Assembly: GCF_029504745.1 (NCBI RefSeq) | Contig: NZ_JAQFIQ010000066.1 | Span: forward strand, 1 to 8,575 | DNA: 8,575 bases | Source of the DNA: Breznakia sp. PF5-3 | GTDB taxonomy: Bacteria; Bacillota_I; Bacilli_A; Erysipelotrichales; Erysipelotrichaceae | Reading direction: 5' to 3' | Shown here: positions 5,855 through 8,575 of the stretch, one piece after another | Layout: the number at the start of each line of letters is the position of its first letter | Position numbering within the stretch: the first letter of the stretch is position 1 | Made by a program: the position numbers and the translations under genes | Notes under the pieces: model-generated | Databases searched by the model: none | Seen by the model: the letters and a program-made list of their open reading frames with translations, nothing else | Told to the model about the DNA's origin: nothing

Positions 5855-8575
5855 TTATTTGCTACGTTGTTGGAATCTTCTATATCTACGTTTTTTCCAT
5901 TCATATAGCATAACGATTGAGAATCCAATAATTAAACCATAATTTCTCAATACATCACCTGTTGCAGGCGCAGATGGACTCTTTGGTGCTTCCGCTGGTT
6001 TTGTTATTACTGGAGGAATTTCTTGTTTTTTCCAGATTGCATATAGCGTTACACTTCTTTCTGCACTTACAAGACCAAGTGATTTAAATTCATTGAAGTT
6101 TGTTGAATCTCCTACTTTATAAGCTTTTCCAGTTCCATCAGGGCTTGTATTCCATTCAACAAATGTATCTAATGAGAAACTTCTTGTCATGAAACCACGA
6201 ATTAAGACTGCATCTGTTGTTACATATTGAACTTCATCAACTGGTAAGCCTTCACCTTCGTATCCATTTCCATGATAGTAAATTCTATAGAGATTTTTTT
6301 CGACATCAATGTTTGCCTCAGGGTTTTGATCACCTACTGTTGCTTTATTTGCAATTGAGCCGATAGCATCTTCATCAATATCAGAAGCTGCTGTAACCAC
6401 AAATTCAATGGTAATTGTTTCATTTGCTTCAATCGTAAAGCTTAATCCATTAATTAATTCATTTGCATCAATTAATTTATCTTTACTACTATCCAAATCA
6501 CTGCTAACTTTTACTTGGATTTGTGATGCATTTTCTTCAATGTATGGTAATACTTTATCCAATTTATCTTGAACAAATACATCTTTCATTTCTACACTAC
6601 CACCGTTTTTAGCAGTAAGGATATAAGTAAGCTTTTCAGCTTTGCTTACAAATCCATCTCCATTTTCATCAGTTACTACTTTTGAAGCATATAAATCTGC
6701 TTCCCCTGTTTCAATTTCTACTTCTGGATCTGTTGTTCCTGAAACCGTTGCTTTATTAGCAATTTTCTTCACTTTTTCAACATCCAAATCATCTTTTACT
6801 GTTACTTCGAATGTCAATGTGATAGTTTCATTACTTGCTAAATTATAAGCTAATCCTTCTCTCAACTGTTTACCACTTACAGCTCCATTTTTACTACTAT
6901 CTTTTGTACTTCTTACTTGTACATTAATATCTTGTGGTAATTCATTAATGTTATCAATTAAAGACGTCATTTCATCTTTAACTTCTACATTATTTGCACC
7001 TACTGAACCTGTATTTGATACTGTGATAACATATCTTAACTTCTCTGATGGAGAAGCAAAGCCATCACCACTTGCATCACTTACTGTCTTAGATGACGAT
7101 AATTTTGAACTTCCTGTTGGTATTACAATTTCAGGAGTAGTTCCTCCAACAAGTGCTTTATTAGCTAAATTCTTAACTGTATCTGTATCCAAATTATCAC
7201 TTACAGTTACTGTAAATGTAATCGTTACCGTTTCTTCAGCTAATAAATTATAAGTAATTCCATTTACTAACTCTGTTCCAGTAAGTGAAGTGTTTTTACC
7301 AGAATCTTTATTACTAGATACTTTTACTACAATTGATTCTTTACTTTCTGCAATATTACCAAGCAATCCAGTTAATTCATCCTTGAAGGTAACATCTTTA
7401 GCTGTAACAGAACCGTTGTTTGTTCCAGTAATTGTATATGTTAATTTTTCTCCTGGTGATGCTAATCCATCATTGTTTTCTTCTTTTACTGTTTTTGTTG
7501 AAGAAATATCAGATTTACCAGTCGGAATTGTAATACTTGGCGTTGTATCTCCAATAGTTGCTGTATTTGCAATTTCTTTTACTTTACTAACGTCCAAATC
7601 ATTTTTCACAGTTACCTTAAATGAAACGGCAATTGTTTCTCCTGCTAATAGTTTGTAATTCAATCCTGCAGCCAATTGTGCTCCTGTTACGGTTGCATTT
7701 TTAGTTGCATCTTTATTACTAGTAACAGTTACAACAATAGCTGCTGCTTCTTCATTAACATGAGGCAGTGCCAAAGCCATTGTATCTTTAATTGTGACTG
7801 TATCTGATGTTACTGTACCATTATTAGTAGCAGTGATCGTATACATTAATTCTTCACCTGGTGATGCATATTTATCATTGTTTGCATCACTTACTGTTTT
7901 TGTTGAAGAAATTTGTGATATTCCAGTTGGAATTTCAATTGTTGGACTTTGATCACCTATTGTTGCTGTATTTGCAATCTTTGTTACTTTTGTTGTGTCT
8001 AAATCTGCTTTTACGGTTACTTTGAATGTCAATGTCAGTGTTTCATTTGCTTGTAACTTGTATTTCAATCCTGTTACTAACTCACTTCCACTTACTGTTC
8101 TATTCTTAGCTGCATCCTTGTCACTCTTCACTGTTACTACGATGCTTGCCGCACTCTCGTCTACATTTCCTAACACATTTGTTAATTCATCTTTTAGTGT
8201 TAATTCTTCTGATTCTGCTGAACCATTGTTCTTAGCAGTAATCACATACGTCAATTCTTCTCCAGGAGCAGCAATATTATCGCCACTTGCATCACTTACT
8301 GTTTTGCTTGTGCTCAAATCTGTCGTTCCTGTTGGAATCTTCGTTTCAGTATCTGTACCATTAACTACTACTTTATTCACAATTTCTTTTACAGTAGTTA
8401 CATCTAAGTCTGCTTTTACTTTTACCTTGAATACAATCGTTACCGTTTCGTTACCTTTAATTTCTGGAATTGTGATTCCATCAATTAATTCTTGAACAGT
8501 TGCTGTTCTCATTGAACTTCCCACTTTGATACTTACTGAGTTTCCTCTTGGGTTATCTACATGTGGTAATACTGT
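5855..8575 (-). CDS. Large repeat-containing surface protein (adhesin-like), N-terminus outside the window: DUF11/TIGR01451-type conserved repeat domains, one Listeria-Bacteroides (Flg_new) repeat and a sorting signal
   Basis: The frame stays open from 8524 to 8575 (…TVLPHVDNPRGNSVSIKVGSSM…). The track 'start' at 8524 is an internal GTG inside a repeat unit. Repeats carry SKTVSDxxGDxxAxPGExLTYxITxxNxGxV…VxxKDxL…ETxTxxFxVTV…IANxATxG. The Flg_new repeat YRIYYHGNG…TFVEWNTSPDGTG…TLYAIW is at 6032-6289. The gene ends in a C-terminal sorting signal. Confidence 0.92.
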   Translation of the reverse strand, partial: TVLPHVDNPRGNSVSIKVGSSMRTATVQELIDGITIPEIKGNETVTIVFKVKVKADLDVTTVKEIVNKVVVNGTDTETKIPTGTTDLSTSKTVSDASGDNIAAPGEELTYVITAKNNGSAESEELTLKDELTNVLGNVDESAASIVVTVKSDKDAAKNRTVSGSELVTGLKYKLQANETLTLTFKVTVKADLDTTKVTKIANTATIGDQSPTIEIPTGISQISSTKTVSDANNDKYASPGEELMYTITATNNGTVTSDTVTIKDTMALALPHVNEEAAAIVVTVTSNKDATKNATVTGAQLAAGLNYKLLAGETIAVSFKVTVKNDLDVSKVKEIANTATIGDTTPSITIPTGKSDISSTKTVKEENNDGLASPGEKLTYTITGTNNGSVTAKDVTFKDELTGLLGNIAESKESIVVKVSSNKDSGKNTSLTGTELVNGITYNLLAEETVTITFTVTVSDNLDTDTVKNLANKALVGGTTPEIVIPTGSSKLSSSKTVSDASGDGFASPSEKLRYVITVSNTGSVGANNVEVKDEMTSLIDNINELPQDINVQVRSTKDSSKNGAVSGKQLREGLAYNLASNETITLTFEVTVKDDLDVEKVKKIANKATVSGTTDPEVEIETGEADLYASKVVTDENGDGFVSKAEKLTYILTAKNGGSVEMKDVFVQDKLDKVLPYIEENASQIQVKVSSDLDSSKDKLIDANELINGLSFTIEANETITIEFVVTAASDIDEDAIGSIANKATVGDQNPEANIDVEKNLYRIYYHGNGYEGEGLPVDEVQYVTTDAVLIRGFMTRSFSLDTFVEWNTSPDGTGKAYKVGDSTNFNEFKSLGLVSAERSVTLYAIWKKQEIPPVITKPAEAPKSPSAPATGDVLRNYGLIIGFSIVMLYEWKKRRYRRFQQRSK
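5858..5971 (-). other. C-terminal sortase-type sorting signal with non-canonical motif APATG
   Basis: The sequence is SPSAPATG-DVLRN-YGLIIGFSIVMLYEW-KKRRYRRFQQRSK. The motif codons GCG CCT GCA ACA GGT are at 5957-5971. Confidence 0.6.
6299..8326 (-). repeat. Five complete in-frame tandem coding repeats of 405-408 nt (135-136 aa), with a sixth, more divergent partial unit continuing to 8575
   Basis: The unit boundaries are 7922-8326, 7517-7921, 7112-7516, 6704-7111 and 6299-6703. Most units end in the protein motif IPTG. An exact 20-nt match, ACTGTTTTTGTTGAAGAAAT, occurs at 7488-7507 and 7893-7912, which is exactly 405 nt apart. Confidence 0.9.

Noticed and set aside
7922-7933. IPTG tetrapeptide ending most repeat units (KIPTG, EIPTG, TIPTG, VIPTG), which looks sortase-like
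   Set aside because: It does not fit the five-residue xPxTG register and is internal. It is not followed by a hydrophobic span and basic tail. It is most simply a conserved inter-domain linker.
6642-8495. Plus-strand ORFs of 68-166 aa (6642-6848, 6948-7253, 7290-7658, 7995-8495) inside the repeat gene
   Set aside because: They are antisense shadows of the minus-strand repeats. They recur with the same ~405-nt period and encode low-complexity S/V/T/F/L-rich strings. They have no SD sequence and are fully contained in a far longer, motif-rich ORF on the other strand.
8522-8524. GTG listed as the start of the 889-aa ORF
   Set aside because: The frame remains open upstream to the window edge (8575). 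The upstream residues (…VLPHVDNPRGNSVSIKV…) align with the middle of the repeat unit (compare ALPHVNEEAAAIVVTV in unit 2), and no SD precedes the GTG. The gene is 5'-truncated by the window.
6299-8575. Regularly spaced repeats considered as a possible CRISPR-like or non-coding array
   Set aside because: The period is 405 nt and in-frame, with continuous coding potential. There is no short-repeat/unique-spacer structure and no cas genes.

Overview
This is an AT-rich, Firmicutes-like window in which every credible feature lies on the minus strand. In transcription order (high to low coordinates) it contains: (1) the 3' part of a large surface protein, open at the window edge, with at least five full and one partial ~135-aa DUF11-type repeats. 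(2) An intercistronic hairpin. (3) A 128-aa orphan membrane-anchored protein. (4) An internalin-like LRR surface protein. (5) A terminator, then a stand-alone tRNA-Leu(GAG) with its own promoter and terminator. (6) An 881-aa secreted protein carrying two tandem alpha/beta-hydrolase (esterase) modules. (7) A strong intrinsic terminator followed within 3 nt by the 5' end of a class C group II intron that runs off the left edge. All three large proteins have an N-terminal or implied secretion signal. All three also end in a sortase-type signal whose motif is not LPXTG (APSTG, SIATG, APATG). The two adhesin-like proteins share a C-terminal cassette of Listeria-Bacteroides (Flg_new) repeat, Pro-rich spacer and sorting signal. 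I see no CRISPR array, transposase, integrase, toxin-antitoxin pair or recognisable defence operon, and no plus-strand gene I can support. The points most worth follow-up are the atypical sorting-signal set with no sortase in view, the cell-wall-anchored double esterase, the terminator-targeted intron, and the unannotatable small protein between the two adhesin genes. All family assignments come from reading motifs by eye; no searches were run.
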